Virus record (IMG/VR): IMGVR_UViG_3300028840_002104
Span: 21,819 to 85,818 of that record
Reading direction: 5' to 3' (one strand)
Source: a virus
DNA: 64,000 nt
Below, piece by piece: positions 28,310 through 37,350 of the stretch. The notes below the pieces were generated by a model that was not told the origin of the DNA, searched no databases, and saw nothing but the letters and a program-made list of their open reading frames with translations. A program made the translations under genes and the position numbers. Position 1 is the stretch's first letter. Each line of letters opens with the position of its first letter.

Positions 28310-29287
28310 ATGAGCTTGAAGGATGCCGTGGCGAGGGCTTCAGCGAATAAAGGACTACTTGTTCCTCTCATGCGAGACTTTATCGCGGCTGAAGAGCAAG
28401 CGGTCCTAGATGGTAGAATGAAAGGCTGGAAGATAGCTGCTCACGAGAGAAATAGCCTCTTAGAGCTTTTGGCTATGCAGGAAGACGAAGTAAAGAATGG
28501 CCAAGACAAAGGTATTGTAGGCAGAAATGATTCTGATGGAAATCCCCTTCTGCATCCTTCGCAGATGATGAAGTGTCTGAGGCAGCAGGCGTATAAGTAC
28601 TTCAAAGCTCCAGGACAAGCAGGTTCTTCTAGAGAGGTCTTCGAGGGCCACCAAAAGATGTCCAATGGTACTTACTTTCACTATCGGATACAGTCATTGT
28701 TGATGCGTATGGGCATCTTGGTGGCTCCGGAGATCCTCATTGACGGGTTTCTCGGTCCCTGTCACGTGGTAGGCCATGGTGATGGCATAGTCGTGGTCTC
28801 GGAAGAGCACTTCCCCAATTTTGGTGGTGTCTTTGGTCAACGGTATCTTCTTGAGCTGAAGAGCGCCAATGACAGGAATTTCTGTCTTTTCGCGGGAGGG
28901 AAGATCTACGAAAGCTATCTTTACCAGGTGCAGATTTACATGCACTTTGTGAAGGCCAAGGGATGTATTCTTCTCTTCGAGGACAAAGATAATCAGAGAA
29001 AGTTGGACATTCTGATTGAGTACAACCCAGAAGTCGTTGACAAGGCTCAAGAGAGAATGTCGGATCTTCATTTTGCCCTGTTGAATGGTGAATTGCCTCC
29101 AGCAGAGAAAGCTTGGACATGCAAGTGGTGTCCTTATGGCCTTCTCTGTGCAGATGAGAATGAAACAAGGAGATGGCTAGATGAAGTTCACAAAGAGTCA
29201 GGAAAAGCTGACGCACTTCGAGACTCAGGCAATAAAACGAGTGGAGCAAAAGGGCTTCGCTTTACCCCCGCGTCCAAGAAAAACTGA
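28310..29287 (+). CDS. Cas4-like PD-(D/E)XK exonuclease (stand-alone phage type)
   Basis: HPS...CLR, G...H, GHGDG, LELKS, Y..QVQ.YM, C-terminal CKWCPY..LC. Confidence 0.8.
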   Translation: MSLKDAVARASANKGLLVPLMRDFIAAEEQAVLDGRMKGWKIAAHERNSLLELLAMQEDEVKNGQDKGIVGRNDSDGNPLLHPSQMMKCLRQQAYKYFKAPGQAGSSREVFEGHQKMSNGTYFHYRIQSLLMRMGILVAPEILIDGFLGPCHVVGHGDGIVVVSEEHFPNFGGVFGQRYLLELKSANDRNFCLFAGGKIYESYLYQVQIYMHFVKAKGCILLFEDKDNQRKLDILIEYNPEVVDKAQERMSDLHFALLNGELPPAEKAWTCKWCPYGLLCADENETRRWLDEVHKESGKADALRDSGNKTSGAKGLRFTPASKKN

Positions 29288-29657
29288 CAAGTATCAGGAT
29301 CTTCCTGACAACATCACAGAGATCTCCTCAGAAGAGCTTGGGGAACGCTATGCAGCTATGGTTGCTTGGTGGGCTTATGCTGAGGCGAAGCTAGGTCTAT
29401 CCCAGGCGCGGCTTGTGGAAACGGCCAGAAACGTCAGCAGCAGGGAGACCTCTCTCTTAGCCCAGTGTACTTCTAAGGAAAAGTGGCGCTTCGAGAAGTA
29501 CCTCTGGACTGATGAGATCTGGTTAACGCTCACCAGTGATAGGGATAAAGATTTGGCCTATCACAATCTCCTCCAGCAGTTAGCGAAGCGGTATGAGAAG
29601 TTCGCTTCCTGCTTGTCCAGGGAGATAACCAGAAGGGGGATAGCTTTCGATGCTTAA
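29181..29657 (+). CDS. Helical hypothetical protein (possible recombination mediator)
   Basis: Coiled coil ending SREITRR, next to the exonuclease; function inferred from context only. Confidence 0.4.
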   Translation: MKFTKSQEKLTHFETQAIKRVEQKGFALPPRPRKTDKYQDLPDNITEISSEELGERYAAMVAWWAYAEAKLGLSQARLVETARNVSSRETSLLAQCTSKEKWRFEKYLWTDEIWLTLTSDRDKDLAYHNLLQQLAKRYEKFASCLSREITRRGIAFDA

Positions 29658-29841
29658 AGATGTGTACGTTGTTGAGAAATGGGAGCCTCACGAGTGCTCT
29701 GAGATTGTTGGTGTCTTTGCTGACAAAGAGGACGCTTTAGAGGCGGGGAAGACTTATGTGAATCCTGATCGTTGCTGCTGGGCTATTACTAGATATCCGT
29801 TGAACAAGCGATTTCACGGGCAAGTTATTTTCAGAAGCTAG
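29650..29841 (+). CDS. Small hypothetical protein
   Basis: VYVV......EIVGVF..KE.A motif common in small phage ORFs. Confidence 0.55.
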   Translation: MLKDVYVVEKWEPHECSEIVGVFADKEDALEAGKTYVNPDRCCWAITRYPLNKRFHGQVIFRS

Positions 29842-29849
29842 GAGAAGAA

Positions 29850-30083
29850 ATGATAGAAGCTGAACGAGAGTTTCAAATGTGCAGCAAGTATATCTCAGAG
29901 CTTCAGTTTCTCAGAGGAGAGCTTCACGGTCTTCTCAGAATGATGGACAACAACAAGCGGATAATTGAACATGCTCTAGAGCGTGTAGAGAAGGCTACAG
30001 GTTTTCCTATGACCATGGAGACCTGGCAGAACGCTTCTCTTAGGCAGGCTGAAGAGCGGCATCAAAGGAAGAGAGATGCCTAA
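29850..30083 (+). CDS. Hypothetical protein
   Basis: SD AGGAG. Confidence 0.5.
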   Translation: MIEAEREFQMCSKYISELQFLRGELHGLLRMMDNNKRIIEHALERVEKATGFPMTMETWQNASLRQAEERHQRKRDA

Positions 30084-30537
30084 GTACATACACACGGACT
30101 ACAATCCTCTGGTTACATTCGATGAAGAGCATGGATGGTTTTATGAGGTCAAACCGGGCTCTCCTGATGAGGTTCTCGATTTCGCGCCTAGCTGTTGGTT
30201 CTCTCTCAGGGAGTTTAGGTGTCCTTGCTGTCAAGCGGTGATTGTTTCCTCAAAGTTGATTAACAAGCTTACGCTTTTGAGGGAAGAGCTACAGTTTCAG
30301 GTAACCATTTCGAGTGGCTACCGTTGTGAGGCGAAGAACACGGCGGTAGGCGGAGTTCCTAACTCTCAGCACTTGAAGGGTACGGCAGTAGACATCCCCA
30401 AGTACACTCAGGATGTTGTTGTAGTCAGAACTATGAGGGCTGCTCTTGAGAGGCGATTTGCTCAAGGCGGCATGGGCGAGTACTCAGGACATTTTCACGT
30501 TGATGTGCGTGGATTTCGTGCTCGTTGGCGGAAGTAA
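30076..30537 (+). CDS. Peptidase M15A Zn peptidase (putative endolysin)
   Basis: FS..EF.CPC, SSGYRC...N..VGG..NSQH..G.AVDI, FHVDVRG. Confidence 0.88.
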   Translation: MPKYIHTDYNPLVTFDEEHGWFYEVKPGSPDEVLDFAPSCWFSLREFRCPCCQAVIVSSKLINKLTLLREELQFQVTISSGYRCEAKNTAVGGVPNSQHLKGTAVDIPKYTQDVVVVRTMRAALERRFAQGGMGEYSGHFHVDVRGFRARWRK

Positions 30538-30563
30538 CCCCACATCTGGTATACTTTGGATAG

Positions 30564-30908
30564 ATGACGGCACGATCTACATGGAAGGCGAATGAGCGTA
30601 AGGCAGCAGGTTTCTTTGGCTCGGTTCGTAACCGATGTTCTGGCTCATCGGGAAGGTCAGACCTTAGCCGTTCTGACTCCACGAATGAGCGGATCTACGT
30701 TGAGACGAAAACTTCAAAACGAAGCAGTCTTCACACTCTTTTCCGCGAGACAGAAGACAAGGCGGCCAAAGAAGGAAAAATCCCAATCCTCCAGATATTC
30801 CGTACTGGTGATAGACGAGGCCCCCTGATTACGCTTAGACCGGAGCACCTTCTCTATGTTGCTTTTGAACGATTGCTTGCTATGCTTGAGGAGGCTCTAG
30901 ATGAATGA
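30564..30908 (+). CDS. PD-(D/E)XK nuclease, resolvase-like
   Basis: WK..ER..A..FG..R...SG.......D......VE.K; KAA.EGKIP. Confidence 0.65.
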   Translation: MTARSTWKANERKAAGFFGSVRNRCSGSSGRSDLSRSDSTNERIYVETKTSKRSSLHTLFRETEDKAAKEGKIPILQIFRTGDRRGPLITLRPEHLLYVAFERLLAMLEEALDE

Positions 30909-31308
30909 CGCTGAATCTTTCTATCCTGAGTACACTGTTGGGGAGTTAACTCTCAAGATCAAGGGGACGACTAGCCCTCAAGGTGCTGCTCAGTTTGCCG
31001 TTGCGCGGTTGCGCGAAGGCGAGTGGTATGTGGACTTTGTTTTCATGGGGGGCAATGCTGGCCAGCAGGCAGACAAGGCTTGTTATGCCGCCCACAGGAG
31101 TTTGGTGATAGAGTGGGGCATTGATGCCTTCTTTATTCCGCTTCGATTTGTGGCCCAGACGAGACCAGAGAGAGATCCTCAGACAGGAGAAGTTACTCGT
31201 CCGCTGAAGGACATCTTTGTGTGGCGGCTTTGGCGTTCGGAAGCCTACTATGACGTGGCGGCGGAAGAAAGAAGAGCCCCTACAGCAGCTAAGCACACTG
31301 GGACGTAG
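30901..31308 (+). CDS. SpoVS-like (Alba-fold) protein
   Basis: LKIKGTTSP..AA......GGNAGQQADKA......GID...IP.F parallels SpoVS. Confidence 0.55.
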   Translation: MNDAESFYPEYTVGELTLKIKGTTSPQGAAQFAVARLREGEWYVDFVFMGGNAGQQADKACYAAHRSLVIEWGIDAFFIPLRFVAQTRPERDPQTGEVTRPLKDIFVWRLWRSEAYYDVAAEERRAPTAAKHTGT

Positions 31309-31367
31309 AATTTGCAGTTTTTGGTCGATTCGTTCTATGAAAGCGTGTATTTTTGTCAGTTGTTTCG

Positions 31368-31397
31368 TTGACAGGCGCTTCGGATCTCCCATAGCAT
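31368..31397 (+). promoter_or_regulatory. Putative sigma70-type promoter
   Basis: TTGACA-N18-TAGCAT in an intergenic gap. Confidence 0.45.
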
Positions 31398-31449
31398 AGT
31401 GTATAGAAACACTATTACACCTCAGTTACCTTTTGAAAGGAGGTAGATT

Positions 31450-31662
31450 ATGGGAGGTGGCGGCGCAACTTACACGATGGTAGAAGCTGATGGCACTAGG
31501 ACTCCTGGTCTCACGTATGCCGATGCCCGACAGTTCGTAGGACAGAGAGGTATCCGAATGGAAACGGCGACAGGTCGAGAGTATAGGCCGAGACCTCGAA
31601 GAGCAGCGGCTACAGGAAGACGGCGAACGGCTTTTGAAGCACAGAGAGCCTACGCTAGGTAA
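31450..31662 (+). CDS. Small Arg/Gly-rich protein, monocistronic
   Basis: Strong SD AAAGGAGGT; flanked by a promoter and a terminator. Confidence 0.7.
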   Translation: MGGGGATYTMVEADGTRTPGLTYADARQFVGQRGIRMETATGREYRPRPRRAAATGRRRTAFEAQRAYAR

Positions 31663-31720
31663 GTTCTAGTAATGATACAGAAGTAAGTAAATGTAGCCCT
31701 AACTTGCTTCTGGTCGGTGT

Positions 31721-31749
31721 GGGGAGGTCGTTTCGGCCTCCCCTTTTTT
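31721..31749 (+). terminator. Intrinsic terminator
   Basis: GGGGAGGTCG-TTT-CGGCCTCCCC followed by T6. Confidence 0.85.
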
Positions 31750-31765
31750 GAATGGAGGTATGACA

Positions 31766-32533
31766 ATGGATGCTAGAATTAGGGCGCTTCTTCTCTTTTC
31801 AGGTGGTCTTGATAGCACAGTAGCCTTGTGGCATATCCTGAAAGACCACGATCTTCGGACAGTCTGTCTTCACTTTACCCACGGGCTGAAACCTACTCAC
31901 CATATCACCGATCTATCCGCAATCATCAATGAAGCCAATGATGAGTTCGGAAGAAACAGTGTCACTCTTGAGGTTGTTCATCTTCCCGACTTTTGGCTAG
32001 GTCTTGAGGACTACCAGCCTGAGTGGAGACTGAAAGCAGCCGAAGGCCCTACCAACAGGGAAATTCTCCACGCTCGAAACCTGGTCTATCTGTCTCTTGC
32101 TGTTCCTTACGCCATCCGTTTTGGGGCCAACAATATTTTCACAGGATTTCTCGCTGGTGTTCCTGTCGTCCCACCTGACGCGACTCTTCAGTTCTCGGAA
32201 ATGGCAGAAAAGGTTATCCACGAAGCGATAGGCGAAACTCTTCTAGAGAACTTTGGCGGCCTGGCCGTCATTTCTCCCATGATAGCTATGGATAAGCTAG
32301 ATGTCTGGAAACACGCAGATCAGTTTGGCATTCTAGGTCTTGTCAAGGATCGTGCGTCTAGTTGCAACGCATTCTTCATCAATGACCCTGATCTCCTTGT
32401 TGCGGAGCATTCTTGGGGATGGGGTTGCGGTAAATGTCAGTCATGCGAAGAAAGGGCGAATTCCTGGGAAGCATTTCAGAAAATCAGAAAGGTCGGAGGC
32501 AAAGGTGAACAGCAGGGAGAGACAGAAGGCTGA
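31766..32533 (+). CDS. queC: 7-cyano-7-deazaguanine synthase
   Basis: LFSGGLDST, ARNL.YLS.A, PD....F, P....K, SC...GCGKCQSC..R. Confidence 0.92.
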   Translation: MDARIRALLLFSGGLDSTVALWHILKDHDLRTVCLHFTHGLKPTHHITDLSAIINEANDEFGRNSVTLEVVHLPDFWLGLEDYQPEWRLKAAEGPTNREILHARNLVYLSLAVPYAIRFGANNIFTGFLAGVPVVPPDATLQFSEMAEKVIHEAIGETLLENFGGLAVISPMIAMDKLDVWKHADQFGILGLVKDRASSCNAFFINDPDLLVAEHSWGWGCGKCQSCEERANSWEAFQKIRKVGGKGEQQGETEG

Positions 32534-33104
32534 GAATGCCCTTCGGCGGATGTTCTCAGTTTACCGCGACAAGGACGATATTCCGCACATAGAGTTTAAG
32601 ACGACCAGTACGAAAGACACTCCCGCACGTGTAGTTCGTATGTACGAGGAGTTCTTCTCTGCGGAAGAGCCTGACTTCACAACCTTTTCCGCTGATGTAG
32701 ACACTCTTGTCGTTGTTCGGGATATCGAGTTTGTCTCTGTCTGCGAACATCATCTACTCCCATTCTATGGCCGCGCCCATGTAGGCTACCTGCCAGACGG
32801 GAAAATAGCTGGCTTGTCAAAGTTTGGTCGTGTGGTTGACTTCTTCGCCAAGAGGCCGCAGCTTCAGGAAAGAATGACTGATGAGACTGCGGAGTATCTT
32901 ATGAAGAAGCTCAAGCCACGCGCTCTGTGTGTTTATGTGGAAGCCAAGCATACTTGCATGGCTCTGCGCGGAACAAGAAAGCTCAATTCAACTACGGTTA
33001 CTCATGCAATTCGAGGGAATGAAGAGAAAGTGCGTTTCGAGGTGAAGCGTGAATTTCTCCAGATGCTAAAAGGAGGTCTGAGTAATGGTGGCAACAGTTA
33101 TTAA
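32505..33104 (+). CDS. folE: GTP cyclohydrolase I
   Basis: TPARV, SVCEHHLLPFYG, GLSK..R, RPQLQER, H.CM..RG; GTG start after GGAGG. Confidence 0.95.
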   Translation: MNSRERQKAENALRRMFSVYRDKDDIPHIEFKTTSTKDTPARVVRMYEEFFSAEEPDFTTFSADVDTLVVVRDIEFVSVCEHHLLPFYGRAHVGYLPDGKIAGLSKFGRVVDFFAKRPQLQERMTDETAEYLMKKLKPRALCVYVEAKHTCMALRGTRKLNSTTVTHAIRGNEEKVRFEVKREFLQMLKGGLSNGGNSY

Positions 33105-33564
33105 GCAACTGAAGTCTCTCTCCCTTGCCCACAAGCTCACTTCTCGTAAGGCGGGAAAGTGTTGTCGTCTACACGGGCATAACTACCAAATTACGGTTTT
33201 CTATGAGGACGAGGTTGATGAAGAGACTGGCATGGTTCTGAACTTTAGTGAGTTCGACCTTCTTGAGGAGTTTATTTCTTGGCTTTTTGACCACAGAGCG
33301 GTCAAGAAGGCTACCAGGCACACTAAGGATTACTTGGCTTTTCCTTTTGAGCCTACGGCTGAGATGCTGGCCGCCACTATCGCTTACTCAGCTTTTCTGA
33401 CGCTCAAGCCTTCAGCTCACGGAGCGATTATGGTGCAGGTGTCTGAAACAGACAGGTGCGCTGCCAGATATCGCTTAGCTTTAGGAGGGCTTCCGGAGAA
33501 GCTAGAGGATTGGATTGTAGACATGCTATCTCGTTTTAGAGTAGGGGGAGTGGCACATGAGTGA
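33085..33564 (+). CDS. queD: 6-carboxytetrahydropterin synthase
   Basis: AH.L....GKC.RLHGHNY, G MV.NF, FDH, PTAE, VSET. Confidence 0.9.
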   Translation: MVATVIKQLKSLSLAHKLTSRKAGKCCRLHGHNYQITVFYEDEVDEETGMVLNFSEFDLLEEFISWLFDHRAVKKATRHTKDYLAFPFEPTAEMLAATIAYSAFLTLKPSAHGAIMVQVSETDRCAARYRLALGGLPEKLEDWIVDMLSRFRVGGVAHE

Positions 33565-34195
33565 GCGGCTGAAGATTAACGACATCTTTCTGAGTATTCA
33601 AGGAGAAGGTCAGTATGTGGGGACTCCGATGGTCTTCATCAGATTCGCAGGATGCAATCTTTCCTGTAGCTGGTGTGATACGGACAAGTATGAGCACTAC
33701 TGCATGACAGCGGAGCAGGTCTTTAACTATATCAAGACTCTTTGTAACTATCCTAGTTCTATTCCTGTCTGTCTTACAGGAGGGGAGCCTCTTCTTCAAT
33801 GGGGATTGGCAATGGAAGAGCTTGCCAACAGGCTTATAGAGAAAGGCTCAGGACTTCATCTTGAGACGAACGGTCTTCTGCTCGACGGAGAGATTGGTCT
33901 AGGTGTTTTTGACTATGTTACGGTTAGTCCTAAGCCCCCCTCTTCAGGCTGCGAAACTCTTGACTACTGGGATAGCTTAGCTCTCTCTCGCGCTGATGAG
34001 TTTAAGGTTGTGATAGCAGATCAGGAGGACTACAATTGGGTTGTTCAGAATGCTTGCTGGTTTGTTGATCGTCCCCTTTTTCTCCAGCCTTGTGACGGAA
34101 GGTCTTCTTTCTCTGATCTCTGGGAGATGTGGCAGAAGAACCCTATCCCCTGTCGGATACTTCCTCAAGTCCACAAGCTCGTGGGCGTCAAGTAA
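33557..34195 (+). CDS. queE: 7-carboxy-7-deazaguanine synthase (radical SAM)
   Basis: F.SIQGEG..G, FIRFAGCNLSCSWCDT, LTGGEP, ETNG, VSPK, QVHK. Confidence 0.95.
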   Translation: MSERLKINDIFLSIQGEGQYVGTPMVFIRFAGCNLSCSWCDTDKYEHYCMTAEQVFNYIKTLCNYPSSIPVCLTGGEPLLQWGLAMEELANRLIEKGSGLHLETNGLLLDGEIGLGVFDYVTVSPKPPSSGCETLDYWDSLALSRADEFKVVIADQEDYNWVVQNACWFVDRPLFLQPCDGRSSFSDLWEMWQKNPIPCRILPQVHKLVGVK

Positions 34196-34224
34196 ATTAC
34201 TGTCAAAATACCTGCCATATCCTC

Positions 34225-34254
34225 TTGACGCCCCTCTCCTATGAATGGTACAAT
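34225..34254 (+). promoter_or_regulatory. sigma70-type promoter
   Basis: TTGACG-N18-TACAAT with TGn. Confidence 0.65.
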
Positions 34255-34335
34255 GATAGTGCAAAATGCGAGAATGAATGTATGATTCGGAGGTAACCAC
34301 AATGGGCGTGGTTACACAGATGCAAGGAGGTCAAG

Positions 34336-34674
34336 ATGACGCGGTTATTGTCAGAATCCATGCCTTTTGAGATGAGGCCATTCCTCTCTCCACAAGAGCT
34401 GGAAGAAGCCATCTCAAGCAAAGAGGGAATGGACGCTCTTCTAGCCAAGATGCAAGAGCATCATGGTGCCAACGAGGAGCACCAGAGATCCTTTCTCTCT
34501 AAACCTATGTCTTTTGTAGGTCCCGCCCATGCGATTCTCTACATGGTGCGCGTATCCAAGGAGCTTTGGCCAGAGGCGCGTATCACGGTCAGAAAGATCA
34601 CAGTTCGGAAGAATGACATGGGGTCTGGGTTCGTTCCAGGCGTCCTGAAGGCGTTTGTTACTTTGAAGTCTTGA
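34336..34674 (+). CDS. Hypothetical protein
   Basis: SD AAGGAGG. Confidence 0.6.
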   Translation: MTRLLSESMPFEMRPFLSPQELEEAISSKEGMDALLAKMQEHHGANEEHQRSFLSKPMSFVGPAHAILYMVRVSKELWPEARITVRKITVRKNDMGSGFVPGVLKAFVTLKS

Positions 34675-34684
34675 GGAGTGTGTC

Positions 34685-35137
34685 ATGGGTTCGCTCAAGA
34701 TGGTCACAAAGAGGCGTATTCGCCGCCCTATTTATAGGTATCCAGAGCTTCAGGCTTTGGTAGAGAGCGCGGATATTCACAAAGGGTCCAAGGTTACGAG
34801 GGTCGATAGGTGGAATCGAGAGACACAAGTTCTAGATTTCACTACAGTCGTTGGAGAGCCCTTGTCCCAGGGAAGGAGGTTCAATACTGTCAAGAGGTTT
34901 CTTGTCGAAGTGCCTGTGGTTGTGGTCGAAGGAGATGATGGTTTACCAGTAGCCGCGACACTTCAATCGTTTCCGCCGGATTATCGTCTGACAGAAGCGA
35001 TCATTGTGCCATGGTTAGTCCAGAAAGCCGAGCGCCAGGCGAAGAAGGCGCGGAGGAAAGACCTAGACATTGGTTTGGTCAGCCAACCGTTTGGGGTGAT
35101 TACCGCTCAGTATCCAACGTTTGCGAAAAGGAGATGA
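34685..35137 (+). CDS. Hypothetical protein
   Basis: SD GAGGAG. Confidence 0.55.
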   Translation: MGSLKMVTKRRIRRPIYRYPELQALVESADIHKGSKVTRVDRWNRETQVLDFTTVVGEPLSQGRRFNTVKRFLVEVPVVVVEGDDGLPVAATLQSFPPDYRLTEAIIVPWLVQKAERQAKKARRKDLDIGLVSQPFGVITAQYPTFAKRR

Positions 35138-35139
35138 AA

Positions 35140-36234
35140 ATGGTTGAAAAGAAAGATGTGGCTAACATTCTTAGTGGTATTATCACTCAGGCTGAGACAA
35201 TCAAGGATCAGGCTGAGTGGCTTCTCTCTAAGTTTGGTGGCAGCAAGAAAGAGCAGAAGGAATCGCCTGGCGCGAAGTCTGAAACAAGTCTTCAGGATGA
35301 GATGAGAGTCTTTCCCAAGCCTGACGTCATCAAAGAGATGGGCAGAGAGAAGTGCCTGGAGTGGTTTGACGCTCTTGGTCTCAGCACGGCTGAGCATAAG
35401 AACGACTCTCCGTCCAAGCTCCGAACGGATCTCTTGGTCATGGCGGTTGCCATAGATGGTGACAGCTCTTCAAGGCATCATAAGGTGACTGTTGCTCAGG
35501 TGGCCGCGCTCCTGGAATGCGAGGTAGAAGATGAGGACAATAAGACGGTCCTTCTTACCAAGATTGGTGAAGCAATATCTCAGCGCCTGAACAGCGGACA
35601 AGAAGTTGAGGAGGGTCCTGATGAGGAAGAGACAGAAGAAGGCCCTGAAGAAGAAGAAACGCCTTCAGGCGAAGGAGAAGAAGAGACAGAGGAAGGTCCA
35701 GACGAAGAAGAGGAAGAGACACCTGATGACGGCGAAGAGGAGGAAGGCCCAGAAGAAGGCCCGGAAGAAGCGAACTTAGGCGGAGATTTTGTCCTGAAGC
35801 CCAAGTTCATCAAGAAGGCCAAGGAGAGCATAGCTGAAGAGGTGGAGAAAGACAGCAATGCTGTTGCGGAACTAGCTGTTGAGGCTAAGGTCAACTGGGT
35901 TCCCTTCCTGCCTGAAGATGTCCAGAAAGCCGCGCTAGACATGAGCGACGAGGACTTAGTTCTCGCTTTTGAGTGCGCCTTTGTTGATGATGAGGGAGAA
36001 GATCATGACTGGGATGAGGCGTATTCTCATAACGGCACGGTGTTCTGCAATGGCGTTGATGTCAAGGAACATGAAGGTGATGAGGACTTCACTTGGCATT
36101 CAAGCGTAGAGTCGCCGCCAGAGGGCATTGATCCCAGTGACTTTGGAATAGGCGTTTCTCGTGGTTCCGATGAGACTCACTACTTCATGATCCATGATGG
36201 GAAAATTCTTGAAGTAGAACCCGTGTCAGGCTGA
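35140..36234 (+). CDS. Highly acidic protein with EEGP(D/E)EEET repeats
   Basis: SD AAGGAG; low-complexity acidic linker ~35600-35770. Confidence 0.65.
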   Translation: MVEKKDVANILSGIITQAETIKDQAEWLLSKFGGSKKEQKESPGAKSETSLQDEMRVFPKPDVIKEMGREKCLEWFDALGLSTAEHKNDSPSKLRTDLLVMAVAIDGDSSSRHHKVTVAQVAALLECEVEDEDNKTVLLTKIGEAISQRLNSGQEVEEGPDEEETEEGPEEEETPSGEGEEETEEGPDEEEEETPDDGEEEEGPEEGPEEANLGGDFVLKPKFIKKAKESIAEEVEKDSNAVAELAVEAKVNWVPFLPEDVQKAALDMSDEDLVLAFECAFVDDEGEDHDWDEAYSHNGTVFCNGVDVKEHEGDEDFTWHSSVESPPEGIDPSDFGIGVSRGSDETHYFMIHDGKILEVEPVSG

Positions 36235-36257
36235 ATTTTCTGGCTGACCGTGGCCAC

Positions 36258-36291
36258 GAGGAGGAAGTCTCTCTTTTGGGGCTTCCTCCTC
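36258..36291 (+). terminator. Strong hairpin upstream of the pentamer array (terminator or processing signal)
   Basis: GAGGAGGAAGTCTC-TCTTTT-GGGGCTTCCTCCTC (14 bp incl. 2 G-U); no U-tract. Confidence 0.55.
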
Positions 36292-36336
36292 ACCCCCTAA
36301 AAGTTATGCTCAGAGTTATTGCATTTGTTCATAAGG

Positions 36337-36648
36337 GGTTGGGCTTGGCGTGTTGAGGTTGGTTTCGTTCAGGCACGTTTAGGTTGGTTACGGCTAGGTC
36401 TGGTTAGGTTGGCCATGGCGTGGAAAGGTTAGGTTGGCTGTGGTTTGGTAGTGCAGGGTTTGGTCCCTAGTGGGGTCTGTTGGGTTCAGTTTTGGTTAGG
36501 TCTGTTGGGTTGAGGTATGTTCAGTTCTGGCCGGTCATGGCGCGTTGAGTTGCGGTTTGTTTCGTTAAGGCGGGGCGAGCTTAGGTGTGGTTTGTTTTGG
36601 TCCGGTAGGGTCGGTTTGGGTTGGTTGGGTTAAGGTTTGGTATGTCTA
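36337..36648 (+). repeat. Non-coding G(G/T)Y-NN pentamer array, 61 units in two blocks (candidate guide RNA locus)
   Basis: 36337-36466 = 26 units, 7-nt linker, 36474-36648 = 35 units; 34 GGY, 22 GTY, 5 variants; last two bases variable. Confidence 0.9.
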
Positions 36649-36666
36649 CTTGAAAGGATGTGAGTT

Positions 36667-37290
36667 ATGCCAGCAAAGAAAGTTGCAAAGGTGTTAGGTC
36701 CTGAAGTTTCTAACGGTGCCAAGGTTGCTATTGAGTCAGGAATTCCATTTACGCTCAGAGCAAGGGTGCGGGGTGTTTCTCCAGGTCTCATTATGCATGC
36801 TTGGAACTGTGAGGCAATAGCTAATCTTCCAGGCAAAGGCGCAAAGAAGAAGGATGATCTTGAGACTTATGTTCGGCGTGATGACGAAGGTTATCTTTGC
36901 ATTCCAGGTGAGTATTTTAGGGGCTCTATGATTAATGCGGGCAGATCCAGAAAAGATCCCAGATCTTCTAGGAAATCCATGATGGATCTTTTGAAGGCGG
37001 CAGTTATTCCTCTGACCTATTTGGCTCCTATTAGTCCTAAGTCTAAGGAGTGGCCTAAAGTGCATAAGTGCCGAGCGGTCATTCAGCGTTCGGCTATTAC
37101 TAGAGAACGTCCCTGGTGGCCTGAAGGGTGGGAAGCTCAGATAGACCTTCAGTGTATTATGCCTGAATACGTGAGTCCCACGGTGTTTCACGACATCTTG
37201 GTAGATGCGGGAAGGTTTGTGGGTGTGGCTGACTATCGTCCTACTTACGGTCGTTTTCAGGTTATTCACAGCGAGATTCTTGAGGACTAG
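36667..37290 (+). CDS. Stand-alone RAMP/Cas7-like RNA-binding protein
   Basis: beta1 RVRGVSPGLIMH; IPGEYFRGSM (cf. RAMP IPGSSLKG); C-terminal G-loop GRFVGVADYRPTYGRF; SD AAAGGA. Confidence 0.75.
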   Translation: MPAKKVAKVLGPEVSNGAKVAIESGIPFTLRARVRGVSPGLIMHAWNCEAIANLPGKGAKKKDDLETYVRRDDEGYLCIPGEYFRGSMINAGRSRKDPRSSRKSMMDLLKAAVIPLTYLAPISPKSKEWPKVHKCRAVIQRSAITRERPWWPEGWEAQIDLQCIMPEYVSPTVFHDILVDAGRFVGVADYRPTYGRFQVIHSEILED

Positions 37291-37314
37291 AGGTGTCTTG
37301 GTTGTGGCCAAAAC

Positions 37315-37350
37315 GGGGAGAGGGTCGCTTGTGAGAGAGGCTCTCTCCCC
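37315..37350 (+). terminator. Hairpin downstream of the RAMP gene
   Basis: GGGGAGAGGGTC...GGCTCTCTCCCC (12 bp) then ACCTCCTATTTT. Confidence 0.55.

Noticed and set aside
28310-29287. Cas4-like gene as part of a CRISPR-Cas locus
   Set aside because: No cas1/cas2 or array; sits among recombination genes as solo phage Cas4-like nucleases usually do. A link to the pentamer array is unsupported
36337-36648. Array as telomere-like satellite or G-quadruplex element
   Set aside because: Units are not identical, over a third are GTY rather than GG, and variation is confined to two positions; incidental G4 folding is not excluded
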